DNA from: Deltaproteobacteria bacterium
GTDB taxonomy: Bacteria; Desulfobacterota; Binatia; Bin18
Assembly: GCA_016197285.1 (NCBI GenBank)
Contig: JACPWD010000048.1
Coordinates: 53,025-117,024 of the forward strand
Length of the DNA: 64,000 bases
Direction of reading: 5' to 3'
Both the position numbers and the translations under genes were made by a program. Under the pieces are notes generated by a model. It was not told the DNA's origin, made no database searches, and was given only the letters and a program-made list of their open reading frames with translations. The number at the start of each line of letters is the position of its first letter. Within the stretch, counting starts at the first letter, position 1. This document shows positions 1 to 9,535 of this stretch, piece after piece.

Positions 1-1
1 G

Positions 2-2095
2 TACCCGGGACCGCCAAAGACGGAGGATGACGTCAAGGCGATTAAAAAGGCCGTGTATACGAACGAAGGCGTGCACGGTTTCTATGTGTCGCGGGATAAT
101 GTCGCGGCGTTGATTACCGCCGGGTTCTGGGAAGAGGGGGTAGACTTCAAAAACCTGTATGAACGGATGCTACGCATCCGCACCGAGATCGAGAAGGACG
201 GCGGCCACAAGGTCTATATCGCCGGCTTTCCGATGCTGTATTCGTGGGTGTTCAGCTACAAGAGCTACATTTTCAGCGTCATCAGCGTCACCATGATCAT
301 CATCCTGATCATGCTGTGGTTTTACTTTCGCACCTTTACCGGGGTATGGGTGCCTTTTTTCTCCGGTACGTTGAGTGCCTTATGGGCACTGGGGTTTGCC
401 GGGTATTTCGGCTTTAATCTCGATCCATTGGTATTGGTGGTATTGGTGGTAATCACCGCGCGCGCGCTCTCCCATTCCGTACAGTCCATGGAGCGCTATC
501 ACGAGGAATATCATCGCGTCCAGAATAAACAGGAAGCGATTCTCAACTCTTATATCAGCCTCTTCAGCCCCGCGCTCGTTTCTATTGCGTCGGATGGTTT
601 AGCGATTCTCACGTTGGCCCTGGCGCACATTCCCCTCATTCAGAAATTGGCTTATGTCTCGAGTTTCTGGGTGTTCACCATCTCGATCAGCGTGGTAACG
701 ATGCACCCGATCATCCTGTACATCATCCCGCCGCCACCCCATGATCCCAAATCTGGCACGCGCTTTTCCGATCGTCTCTACAATTCCATTAACCGTGCCA
801 TGGTGAAAATTAGCCAGGGTACGGCCCGTTCCGTGATTATTGGCGGATTTACGGCTGCGCTGATCGTCGGCATGATCTATTCGCAGAAACTGAAAATCGG
901 CGACGTGTCGATCGGGAAAGCCCTGCTCTATGACTCGCACGATTACAATGTGTCGTATAACCGCATTAACGAAAAGTTCGTCGGCGCTTCGCAATTGGTG
1001 ATCTTGGCCGAGGGCAAGCAAGAAGGCGTCATTAAAGACCCGCAAGTGCTGCAGGCCATCGAGAAATTCCAACGCTACATGGAGCAACAGAAGCTGGTGG
1101 GCGGCTCAATCACCATCACCACGATGGCCCGCCGCCTCTATCAAATGTTCCAGGAAGGTATTCCCAAGTGGGCGATCATGCCGGATAACCCGCGGGACGT
1201 GGGGAACATCTTCTATCAGTTTCTCAATACGCTGGGATCGGATGACCTTGATCGCTTCCTCGATAAGAATTCGCAGAACGCAACGATCACGGTGTACTAC
1301 AAGGATTACAACCACGCGACGGTAGTCGGTTCGATCGATATGGCGCGACAGTTCATAGAAAACAACCCGGTGGAAAATATCCAGTTCCGCTTAGCCGGCG
1401 GTCTGCTCGGCATCTTAGCGGCAGTCAACGAGGAAGTGGAATGGTCGTACAAGTGGAATCTCATCTTGGTGATGGTCACGGTCTTCGTGTTGAGTGTCCT
1501 GACTTACGCTTCCGTGGTCGGCGCGCTGATCGTGATGATTCCGTCGATCGTGGCACAGCCCTTGTCCGAAGCGATGATGTATTGGCTGGGCATCGATGCC
1601 AACATTAACTCGTTGCCAGTGGCGGCGGTCGGTATCGGGATCGGCATCGACTACGGCTACTATGTGCTGTCGCGCATTGTCGAGGAATTTCAGCGCCTCG
1701 GCGATCATGACCGTGCTATCGAAGAGGCCCTAATGACGACCGGGCGAGCGATCATGTTCACCGGCACGACGCTGACCGTAAGCGTCATTTTCTGGATCTT
1801 CTTCCCGATGAAATTCCAGTCGGAAATGGCCATGTTGCTGGCACTGCTGTTATTTCTGCACGTCGTCGGCGCCTTGGCTTTCATCCCGGGGGTGGTCTCG
1901 CTACTCAAGCCGCGCTTCCCGCTTCCCAACAAAATCATGATGATCGTCTTGTTCGTGACCTTCGGTCCGGCGGCGATTCTCTACTATACCGACCATGCCA
2001 ACTTGCTCACTCTCGGCGTAGTTGCCGTCACTGTCGCCATTGGCGAACATTGGTGGGCGACGAAAAATAACGTGGGGATGGAGCTGCGCGACTAA
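2..2095 (+). CDS. RND/MMPL-family inner-membrane exporter (HpnN-like), 5' end cut by window edge
   Basis: The frame is open from position 2 with no stop, so the track start at 53 is an internal GTG. Two clusters of hydrophobic helices (LIMLWFYFRTF..., VFVLSVLTYASVVGALIVMIPS...GIGIDYGYYVLSR) are separated by a large soluble loop, which is RND/MMPL topology. Confidence 0.8.
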   Translation, partial: YPGPPKTEDDVKAIKKAVYTNEGVHGFYVSRDNVAALITAGFWEEGVDFKNLYERMLRIRTEIEKDGGHKVYIAGFPMLYSWVFSYKSYIFSVISVTMIIILIMLWFYFRTFTGVWVPFFSGTLSALWALGFAGYFGFNLDPLVLVVLVVITARALSHSVQSMERYHEEYHRVQNKQEAILNSYISLFSPALVSIASDGLAILTLALAHIPLIQKLAYVSSFWVFTISISVVTMHPIILYIIPPPPHDPKSGTRFSDRLYNSINRAMVKISQGTARSVIIGGFTAALIVGMIYSQKLKIGDVSIGKALLYDSHDYNVSYNRINEKFVGASQLVILAEGKQEGVIKDPQVLQAIEKFQRYMEQQKLVGGSITITTMARRLYQMFQEGIPKWAIMPDNPRDVGNIFYQFLNTLGSDDLDRFLDKNSQNATITVYYKDYNHATVVGSIDMARQFIENNPVENIQFRLAGGLLGILAAVNEEVEWSYKWNLILVMVTVFVLSVLTYASVVGALIVMIPSIVAQPLSEAMMYWLGIDANINSLPVAAVGIGIGIDYGYYVLSRIVEEFQRLGDHDRAIEEALMTTGRAIMFTGTTLTVSVIFWIFFPMKFQSEMAMLLALLLFLHVVGALAFIPGVVSLLKPRFPLPNKIMMIVLFVTFGPAAILYYTDHANLLTLGVVAVTVAIGEHWWATKNNVGMELRD

Positions 2096-2233
2096 GGTCG
2101 CCAAAAGAAGAGGGGTACTCTGGCACCCTTCTTTCACGAGGGCGACGCACCTGTCGCCCTTTTTATTTGTGCGCACGCATTTGCCTTCTGCCGGAATCTG
2201 GAATAAACCTAGTCGGCTGGGAGTTATGGCACG

Positions 2234-3193
2234 ATGAGTATGATCGAAGTCGAAAATGTGACGAAACGGTTCGGGCCGATCCTCGCGGTCGATCATATTT
2301 CCTTTACGATCGACCGCGGCGAGGTGGTCGGCTTCCTGGGGCCGAATGGTGCCGGCAAAACCACGACTATGCGGATTCTTGCCGGGTTCTTCCCACCTAC
2401 GTCCGGGCGTGCCAGTGTCGGACAGTTCGATGTCGTCTCGCAGTCGTTTCAAGTCCGGCAGATGATCGGCTACTTTCCCGAACGAGTGTCCGTCTATCCG
2501 GATCTGCCGGTGCGCAGTTTCCTCGATTTCGTGGCCGAAGCGAAAGACGTTCCGCGCGCGCAGCGGAAAAGCGAAATCGCCCGGGTCGTCGAAGCGTGCG
2601 GATTGGAAAGAGTCAAAGATCGGGTGATCGGGCATCTGTCGAAAGGCTACCGGCAACGTGTCGGTATCGCGCAGGCGCTGTTGCATAAGCCGCAGGTGCT
2701 GATTCTCGACGAGCCGACTATCGGCCTGGACCCCGAACAAGTCGTGGAGATTCGTAAACTCATTCGCGACCTGGGCACGGAGCGAACGGTCATCCTTTCC
2801 ACGCATATTCTCTCTGAAGTGAGTTCGGTGTGCGACCGCGTGATCGTAATAGATCGAGGAAAGATCTTGGCCTCCGAGTCGCTCGCCAATCTCCGCGCGC
2901 AATTGCAAGGCACCCGCCAAGTCCGCGTGGATATTGAGGGACCGGAGGCGCAAATTTTCGGAGTTCTCCAGTCCCTGCCTGGCGTCGAAAGCCTACGGCG
3001 TACAAGTCCCGACACGGAATCCCTGTCGTTCGTCATCGACTACCAAGGAGAAGACATCCGTAAACGATTGAGTAAAACTATCCTCGATCACGATTGGGGC
3101 CTGCTAGAAATTCGCTCCTTGGAGCCGACTTTGGAAGACATGTATCTCCAGTTGATCCGTCTCGAAGAAAGCCGGCTTGAGTCAATGCGGTGA
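2234..3193 (+). CDS. ABC transporter ATP-binding protein (ABC-2/GldA-like)
   Basis: Walker A GPNGAGKTT, signature LSKGYRQR and Walker B LILDEPTIGLD. It is followed by an ABC-2 permease. Confidence 0.9.
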   Translation: MSMIEVENVTKRFGPILAVDHISFTIDRGEVVGFLGPNGAGKTTTMRILAGFFPPTSGRASVGQFDVVSQSFQVRQMIGYFPERVSVYPDLPVRSFLDFVAEAKDVPRAQRKSEIARVVEACGLERVKDRVIGHLSKGYRQRVGIAQALLHKPQVLILDEPTIGLDPEQVVEIRKLIRDLGTERTVILSTHILSEVSSVCDRVIVIDRGKILASESLANLRAQLQGTRQVRVDIEGPEAQIFGVLQSLPGVESLRRTSPDTESLSFVIDYQGEDIRKRLSKTILDHDWGLLEIRSLEPTLEDMYLQLIRLEESRLESMR

Positions 3194-3239
3194 GGAAGTA
3201 CCGTTCTCCTACCTTATAACCTGATGTTGCCATACGCTT

Positions 3240-3983
3240 ATGAAATCCCTCTGCGTCTTTAAGAAAGAACTCCGCCTCTACTTCGGATCGTTTATCGCCT
3301 ATTCTCTGGCGACGGCATTTTTGCTGCTGACCGGATACTTCTTCTACACCGACATGGTCTTCTACGACCTATTTGGCGATTTCATGGACATTACCGCCTC
3401 GTTGTGGGCGTACTATTTCCAAGACGTGCGCTTCGTGACGCTCTTGATCCTGCCGCTTTTGACGATGCGGTTGTTTGCCGAAGAGAAAAAACTCGGCACC
3501 CTCGAACTCCTGTGGACCTATCCCCTAAAAGACCTGCAGATCGTGCTCGGTAAGTTTCTAGCGTGCCTGTTAGTCTTTGTCCTCATGGTACTGGGAACCT
3601 TGCTCTACCCGCTGATGCTCTCGACCGTGCATAACTTCGCCTGGGGACCGCCATTGGCGGGCTATCTTGGCGTCGTCCTCCTGGGAGCCACCTTCATTGC
3701 TTGTGGCACCTTTATCTCCTCGCTGACCGAGAACCAAGTCGTTTGCGCCATGTCCACCTATGGCGTCTTAGTATTCTTCTGGTTCCTGACGTGGAACGAG
3801 GAAGCGGTCGGTCCGCAGTTGATCGGTACGATCAGCCGCTTCTCGCTCTTCGACCGGTTCGAGGATTTCTCGAAAGGTGTCATCAATTCGCAAGATGTGG
3901 TCTTCTTTCTGCTAGTAACATCGTTCTTTTTATACCTTACTTTGCAATCTTTGGAGTCGCGGAAATGGCGCGGGACGCGATAG
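3240..3983 (+). CDS. ABC-2 type transporter permease (GldF-like)
   Basis: A 247-aa polytopic membrane protein directly downstream of the ATPase. It overlaps the next gene by 19 nt. Confidence 0.75.
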   Translation: MKSLCVFKKELRLYFGSFIAYSLATAFLLLTGYFFYTDMVFYDLFGDFMDITASLWAYYFQDVRFVTLLILPLLTMRLFAEEKKLGTLELLWTYPLKDLQIVLGKFLACLLVFVLMVLGTLLYPLMLSTVHNFAWGPPLAGYLGVVLLGATFIACGTFISSLTENQVVCAMSTYGVLVFFWFLTWNEEAVGPQLIGTISRFSLFDRFEDFSKGVINSQDVVFFLLVTSFFLYLTLQSLESRKWRGTR

Positions 3984-5368
3984 TGCCTTCTTCACAAGCG
4001 GAAGTCGGTTGGCTGAGCCGCGAATCGACCAAGCGGTTCGTCTTACTCGGGTTGGAGATTGTCTTTCTCCTGGTGCTCGTCGTTGCGATTGAGGCGTTGG
4101 TCACCCGCGCGAACATGCGCTTCGATCTCACACCGGAAAAAAAATATAGCCTTTCGGCGTTGACCTCACAGGCCTTACATGCCCTGAATAAACCCATACA
4201 GGCAACGGTGTTCTACCGGCGCGGGGATCGAGATAAACATAGCGAACTCCTCGACTTGATGGTGCAAGAGACGCCGCTTTTCTCGTATCAGCTCTTCGAT
4301 CTTGATCGTGCCCCGGGGCTGGCACAACGCTATGGAGTTACTGCTTATGGGGCGACCGTTGTCGAGACCGAGGACAATCGTCTCACCCTTCCCCTGGCGG
4401 ATGAGGAACGCTTGCTGAACGCGCTCTTACGAGTCGTGCAGTCGGAGAAGACCCTCTATTTTCTGGTCGGCCACGGTGAGAACGATCCGGTCGATGCCGA
4501 GGAACGATCCGGGTATGGCGTTTTGAGGAAGGTGCTGGAGACCGAAAATTATCGTGTGCGTCCGCTCCCGTTATTGACGGCACGTCAAGTTCCTCCGGAT
4601 GCCAATCTGGTGATCGTTAGTGGTCCGAAAGGAGAGCTGAGCCCCGGGGAACTCGAGGCCTTGACCGCCTACCTTCAGGCCGGCGGCCATATCATCTTCA
4701 TGCTCGATCCTTATACGGTCCCGGCTCTTTCCGTATACTTGGCGCAGTTCGGGTTCAAAATGGAAGAGACCGTTGTTGTCGACGACCAGAATCAGGTCGC
4801 GGGTGGTGAACCCTTGATGCCTATGATCGCGAATTTTTCCAAAGAGGTTTTCCCCCGCCAGCCGCGAGGCGAGCCCATGCTGCCGGTGGTGCAGCCGGTG
4901 CGGGTCCAAGACGGCAAAGCCCAACCTTTTGCATTCTCCAGCGACACAAGTTGGATCGTAAAAAGCAAGGAACGTGCGGAACGGAACGAACTGACGTTTA
5001 AGACTGGCGAGGACGAACGCGGCCCGTTTCCCGTGGCTGCGGTGGCGTCCGTCGGCGAAGGGGAAAAAGCCGGGAAAGTTGTGGTGTTGGGCGACTCGGA
5101 CTTTGTGAATAATTTCTACGTGCGCGTGCCTGGAAACGTCGATTTCTTCATGAACACCGTCAGTTGGCTCGTTGGCCGGCAGGAGCTGATATCGCTGGGG
5201 CGTGCGCCGAATGCGCCGATCTCCAAACGTGGCTCCACGCCTCGGCAAAGCTTATACATGACGGCAGGACAATCGCGTCTTTTCTTTTGGGTGATGGTGG
5301 TGCTCGAACCGGCACTGGTGTTTCTGCTCGGCATGGTGGTATTCGCTCGTCGGAGGCAAAAAGGATGA
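3965..5368 (+). CDS. GldG-like ABC-transporter auxiliary protein
   Basis: I chose the in-frame ATG at 3965 rather than the track start at 3701. It has N- and C-terminal TM anchors (FVLLGLEIVFLLVLVVAI / LFFWVMVVLEPALVFLLGMVVF) around a large soluble domain, and the gene order ATPase-permease-GldG matches. Confidence 0.65.
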   Translation: MARDAIVPSSQAEVGWLSRESTKRFVLLGLEIVFLLVLVVAIEALVTRANMRFDLTPEKKYSLSALTSQALHALNKPIQATVFYRRGDRDKHSELLDLMVQETPLFSYQLFDLDRAPGLAQRYGVTAYGATVVETEDNRLTLPLADEERLLNALLRVVQSEKTLYFLVGHGENDPVDAEERSGYGVLRKVLETENYRVRPLPLLTARQVPPDANLVIVSGPKGELSPGELEALTAYLQAGGHIIFMLDPYTVPALSVYLAQFGFKMEETVVVDDQNQVAGGEPLMPMIANFSKEVFPRQPRGEPMLPVVQPVRVQDGKAQPFAFSSDTSWIVKSKERAERNELTFKTGEDERGPFPVAAVASVGEGEKAGKVVVLGDSDFVNNFYVRVPGNVDFFMNTVSWLVGRQELISLGRAPNAPISKRGSTPRQSLYMTAGQSRLFFWVMVVLEPALVFLLGMVVFARRRQKG

Positions 5369-5901
5369 GTGCGGAAATGCGCCGCGTTGTGATTCTCGGA
5401 CTCTTAGCCTGCATCCTTGGCGGCTATGCCTACGTCACAACGCCTGAGAAAAAGACCCTAGGGGCAGACGCGGCAAAGAAGACCGAGCGCCCGGTGCTCG
5501 ATTTTCTTTCGGACAAGGTGACGCAGCTCACCGTTGCTTTCGAGGGGAAGCAACTGGTTTGTCAGCGAACCCCACAGGGATGGGTGGAACCGTCGAGTGG
5601 TGCCCCCTTGCGTCAAGATGCGGTCGATGACTTTCTTGCCAATCTGCACAAACTGCTACATTTGGGCGAAGTCGAGGGAGATGACAGACTAGGCGAGGAT
5701 TTTGGTTTGAAACCCCCGGTTGCCCGTGTGTCGCTCCAAATCGAAGGCGAAAGCCCGCGGACTTTAGCGCTGGGAAAGAATAACCCCGTGCAGTCCAGCC
5801 TCTATGCTCAGGTCAACGAGGCACCTCAGATTGTGTTGGTCGGCTCTGTTATCGTCTGGGACATGCGCAAGCTTTTCTCTGCAGCGGGTCCGACTGGCTA
5901 G
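5365..5901 (+). CDS. DUF4340-like membrane-anchored protein
   Basis: The ATG at 5365 forms an ATGA overlap with the stop of the preceding gene. It has an N-terminal TM (VVILGLLACILGGYAYV) and sits in the usual position after GldG-like genes. Confidence 0.55.
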   Translation: MSAEMRRVVILGLLACILGGYAYVTTPEKKTLGADAAKKTERPVLDFLSDKVTQLTVAFEGKQLVCQRTPQGWVEPSSGAPLRQDAVDDFLANLHKLLHLGEVEGDDRLGEDFGLKPPVARVSLQIEGESPRTLALGKNNPVQSSLYAQVNEAPQIVLVGSVIVWDMRKLFSAAGPTG

Positions 5902-5904
5902 CCG

Positions 5905-5980
5905 AGCAAAACAAACAGAGATAGAGAGTTGAGACAGAGAAAAAATCTGGCTCTTTCTCCCTTCTCTAGCTCTATCTAAT
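5905..5980. repeat. Purine-rich/pyrimidine-rich imperfect inverted repeat (hairpin) after the ABC operon
   Basis: AGAGATAGAG (5917-5926) faces CTCTAGCTCTATCT (5964-5977). The left half is A/G-rich and the right half is C/T-rich, with ~7-nt word periodicity (ATAGAGA GTTGAGA CAGAGAA). Confidence 0.5.
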
Positions 5981-6075
5981 TTCCCCTTTACTCCCCTGGT
6001 CTTCTCGTATAGCTTCCCTCTGCCTCTGACGCGCTGGGCGCGGAGAATCGAAGACGTTTGGAAAGAGGGGGAGAC

Positions 6076-7824
6076 ATGGACGGACACCCGAGGAGCCGAG
6101 TTCGTTGGTGGCGGTGGGCGGGTCTGAGCCTCGCAGTTGTTATGTTTCTGGCGCCGACGCGTGCCAGTGCGATTTTTCTCGATACAGCGGAAACCTTGCG
6201 GTTCAATGGCAGAGTCTACAACCGTACCGGGTTCGCGACGCAAAGTGCGGCGGACAACACGCGCTTGCGCACGCCTTTTAACGACTGGAACATGCTGCAA
6301 AACCGTACCTTCATCCAGATGGAGTTACGGCACAACCTCACTGAGCTGATCCACGGACGCTACGAGGGGAGGCTGTCTTTCTTGCAGGTCCCGCTTGCGC
6401 CGTTGCGACTGCTCGATCCCGACGACATGGACTACTTCGTGACCTATCGTGGGGAGTACGATGGCGTGTGGGACTATGGGCCGGACGTGTTTAGCGAGAG
6501 GTTCGTGCATAACTCTGCCGGCGATAAGCTCCATACGCGCCAACGACTGCGGCACCGGCATCGCTTATTCGAAGCCTATGTGGATTACACCAAAGGACCC
6601 TTGTTTCTGCGCATCGGTCGCCAGAATCTCTCCTGGGGCGAAACCGACGTCTTTCGGCTTTTAGATCAAATCAATCCTTTGGACGCCAGTTTCGGCGGTT
6701 TTCTCGTGCCGCTCGACGAACGCCGAGTGCCGCTCGACATGTTGCGCGTCATCTACGGCTTAGGCAGCCAAGGACCGTTTTCCGAAATCGATGTGGAAGG
6801 CTATGTCGCGCTTGATGACAAAGTCGCCGAGGGCGTCCCTGCCGGTTCCCCGTGGGCGACGCCGAACCCTCCTGGGATCAACGGTTTTGTTAAGAAACCA
6901 GCGCGAAACTTCACCGATGCGCGCGGCGGCGGACGTATCCTGGGCGTCTTGGGAGATTTCACCTTCAGCATCGCGCATTATTATACCTATCTGGACGCAC
7001 CGGCCTTGCGGGTCGTGGTTCCGACCCGGGCGGGAAGCCCGCCGATCGACCTGGGCGAGTTCGAAGCCGCTGTCTCGGGGGGCAATACCTCTCGGTTCCT
7101 GGTCGATCATTTTCATGCGAATCAGTGGTTTCCCAAGATGCAGATTAGCGGCGGCACCCTCAGTTTCAGTGTGCCGCAGTTGTCTGCCGTGGTGCGGAGC
7201 GAGGTGGCCTACTTCTACGCCGAGCCGTTTTTTCTCAATTCCGCGCCGAACCAAATTCTCGGCCCTGCTCTCACTGGAAAAGTGACGCCCGGATACCACC
7301 AAGTCGGCGTGAATCCGGTCACTAAAAAGCCTTTGCTCTACTACAAGAGCAATATCGATCGCTCCGATGTAGTGCGCTGGTCTCTGGGCGTCGATGTCAA
7401 TCGCTACATTCGTTTCTTGAACCCGACCCAATCCTTTCTCATGAGCGCCCAGGCGTTCGGTACGCATATCCTCGATTTCAATGACACGTCGCTGCAATCG
7501 GTCGCTCCGAATTTCGGCTTTGGCCATTTTGCGGCTGCAGTACGCGACCCGCATCGCAAGAACCAAGCCTTCGTCAACCTGGACCCCTACCAGATTATTA
7601 ACACGTTATCGATCTCGACCTCGTATCGCTCGGGTGTGATTTCCCCGGCGCTGAACTTTTTCTACGACTGGCAAGGCGCTTTCGTCTTACAACCTGGAGT
7701 GACCTTCACGCGCGATCCGTTTCGTTTGTTGCTGCAATACAACTTCATCGACGGGCAGTTTAACGGCATCGGCTTCCTCCGCGACCGCGATAATTTCATT
7801 ATCCAGTTGGATCTGGTGATCTAA
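6076..7824 (+). CDS. DUF1302-like outer-membrane protein
   Basis: Signal peptide RWAGLSLAVVMFLAPTRASA, the motif LRIGRQNLSWGETDVFRLLDQINPLD, and a beta-rich, aromatic-terminated sequence. Confidence 0.6.
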   Translation: MDGHPRSRVRWWRWAGLSLAVVMFLAPTRASAIFLDTAETLRFNGRVYNRTGFATQSAADNTRLRTPFNDWNMLQNRTFIQMELRHNLTELIHGRYEGRLSFLQVPLAPLRLLDPDDMDYFVTYRGEYDGVWDYGPDVFSERFVHNSAGDKLHTRQRLRHRHRLFEAYVDYTKGPLFLRIGRQNLSWGETDVFRLLDQINPLDASFGGFLVPLDERRVPLDMLRVIYGLGSQGPFSEIDVEGYVALDDKVAEGVPAGSPWATPNPPGINGFVKKPARNFTDARGGGRILGVLGDFTFSIAHYYTYLDAPALRVVVPTRAGSPPIDLGEFEAAVSGGNTSRFLVDHFHANQWFPKMQISGGTLSFSVPQLSAVVRSEVAYFYAEPFFLNSAPNQILGPALTGKVTPGYHQVGVNPVTKKPLLYYKSNIDRSDVVRWSLGVDVNRYIRFLNPTQSFLMSAQAFGTHILDFNDTSLQSVAPNFGFGHFAAAVRDPHRKNQAFVNLDPYQIINTLSISTSYRSGVISPALNFFYDWQGAFVLQPGVTFTRDPFRLLLQYNFIDGQFNGIGFLRDRDNFIIQLDLVI

Positions 7825-7911
7825 CACCGCAGACAGCCCGCTCTCTACCTTCGCTTTATAGCTTATGGCGGATGGCAAAAAAGTCTTGCTGGAGCGAGCG
7901 GAGCAAGCGAG

Positions 7912-7962
7912 CCATATGCCATAGAGTGAGCGCAGCGAACGGGCCATACGCTGTATGCCAGG
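7912..7962 (+). repeat. REP-like unit (CCATAnGCCATAGAGTGAGCGCAGCrAACG core), copy 1
   Basis: About 40 of 48 nt are shared with 17547-17597. It lies 69 nt upstream of the HpaB-like start codon. Confidence 0.6.
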
Positions 7963-8030
7963 AAAGGGGCCGTGGACAGGCGCGGGCGGCTGCGGATATA
8001 CTTTGCCCACTTTTTTACGAGGAGACAGCC

Positions 8031-9473
8031 ATGGGTCTGCGTACGGCGGAACAGTACAAAGCAAGCTTAAAAGACGGGCGTGAAGTCTATTATCGCGGAG
8101 AGAAAGTTGAGGATGTGACCACTCACCCAATCATCGGGATTGCGGTGGAACACGCCTGCATCGATTACCACATGGCCGAAGATCCCAAGTATCGGGATCT
8201 GGCCGTCGTTACCGACCCCCAGACTGGCGAGCAGTATTCGCGCTACTATCATCTTCCGCGCAACACGGAAGATTTGCTGAAGCGGAGCCAGTTGATCGCC
8301 GCCAGCACGCGCGAAGGGGCGACGCTCGTCATCCTCATTAAAGAAATCGGCACCGATGCGCTCTACGCCCTGCATGTCGTTGCGGAAGAAATGGCCAAGC
8401 GCGGAAAGCCGGAATACAAAGAGCGGGTGGAGAAATACCATCGCCTGTGTCGTGACCGAGACTACGGTGTGGCGGTGGCACAGAGCGATGTCAAAGGCGA
8501 TCGCGGCCTCGGTCCACAGGGACAAGAACATCCCGACTACTACCTGCGCATTGTTGACCGGCGCAACGACGGCATCGTGGTGCGCGGGGCAAAGATCCAT
8601 ACCTCGGTGTTGACGAATACCGACGAGGTGATTGTCCTGCCGACGCGAGCCATGAAAGCCGGCGACGAGGATTATTCCGTCGCGTTTGCGATTCCGGCCA
8701 ACACCAAGGGGCTGAAACTGATTGCCAGCTCCTACGGCGGTTTCAAGAAAGATCCTTTTGAATATCCGATCAGCGCCAAGCACAAGATGATGGAGACGAT
8801 CACGGTCTTCGATGACGTCTTCGTGCCGTGGGATCGCGTCTTCATGTGTGGAGAGACGGAAGCCGCCGGATTTCTGGCGCTCACGTTCGTGAAATTTCAT
8901 CGCTTCACCGCAGTGTCATACAAACTGCCGCTGCTGGAAATGCTGGCCGGTTCGGCGCGCGCGATTGCCGAATACAACGGGATCGAAAATGCCGGTCACA
9001 TCCGTGAGAAACTGACCGAACTAGCGGCCTATCATGCGACCGTGCAAGGGTTGATCGTTGCTGCGGCGCACAACTGCGTAGTGACGCCTCCAGGGATCGC
9101 CATTCCCAACGTACTGTTCACCAACGTAGCGAAGTACCAGTTCGCTTCGAACTATCACGACGCCGTCCAGATGGTGCAAGACGTGAGCGGCGGCTTGCTG
9201 GTGACCGGGCCGAGCGTAGAAGATTGGCGCAGCGAGGCGACCGGCCCGTTTTTGAAAAAATATCTCGGCGGGAAGAAAGGCGTTCCTACCGAACATCGCC
9301 TGCGCATGATGAACTTGATTTCCGACCTGACTGCATCGGATTTCGGCGGCTATCAAGAAGTCTTAGCCGTGCACGCCGAGGGCTCGCTGGAAGCCGAGAA
9401 GCTCCAGACCTATCGCGAGTACGATTTCAAAACCGCTGCCGACTATGCCCGTGAGGTGGCGGGAATCAAGTAG
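8031..9473 (+). CDS. 4-hydroxyphenylacetate 3-hydroxylase (HpaB) / 4-hydroxybutyryl-CoA dehydratase family protein
   Basis: ATG at 8031 preceded by GGAG. The 480-aa size and the N-terminus MGLRTAEQYKASLKDGREVYYRGEKVEDVTTHP are typical of the family. The subfamily is not resolvable by eye. Confidence 0.65.
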   Translation: MGLRTAEQYKASLKDGREVYYRGEKVEDVTTHPIIGIAVEHACIDYHMAEDPKYRDLAVVTDPQTGEQYSRYYHLPRNTEDLLKRSQLIAASTREGATLVILIKEIGTDALYALHVVAEEMAKRGKPEYKERVEKYHRLCRDRDYGVAVAQSDVKGDRGLGPQGQEHPDYYLRIVDRRNDGIVVRGAKIHTSVLTNTDEVIVLPTRAMKAGDEDYSVAFAIPANTKGLKLIASSYGGFKKDPFEYPISAKHKMMETITVFDDVFVPWDRVFMCGETEAAGFLALTFVKFHRFTAVSYKLPLLEMLAGSARAIAEYNGIENAGHIREKLTELAAYHATVQGLIVAAAHNCVVTPPGIAIPNVLFTNVAKYQFASNYHDAVQMVQDVSGGLLVTGPSVEDWRSEATGPFLKKYLGGKKGVPTEHRLRMMNLISDLTASDFGGYQEVLAVHAEGSLEAEKLQTYREYDFKTAADYAREVAGIK

Positions 9474-9535
9474 GGATTAGGTTTTAGGGGTTGGGGATTG
9501 GGGAAAACCTAACCCCTCATCCCCAGGACTCAATC
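9474..9535. repeat. G-rich heptamer repeat / hairpin between convergent genes
   Basis: GGGGTTG GGGATTG GGGAAAA is followed by the complementary CCTAACCCCTCATCCCC. It overlaps the last codons of the minus-strand ORF. Confidence 0.6.
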
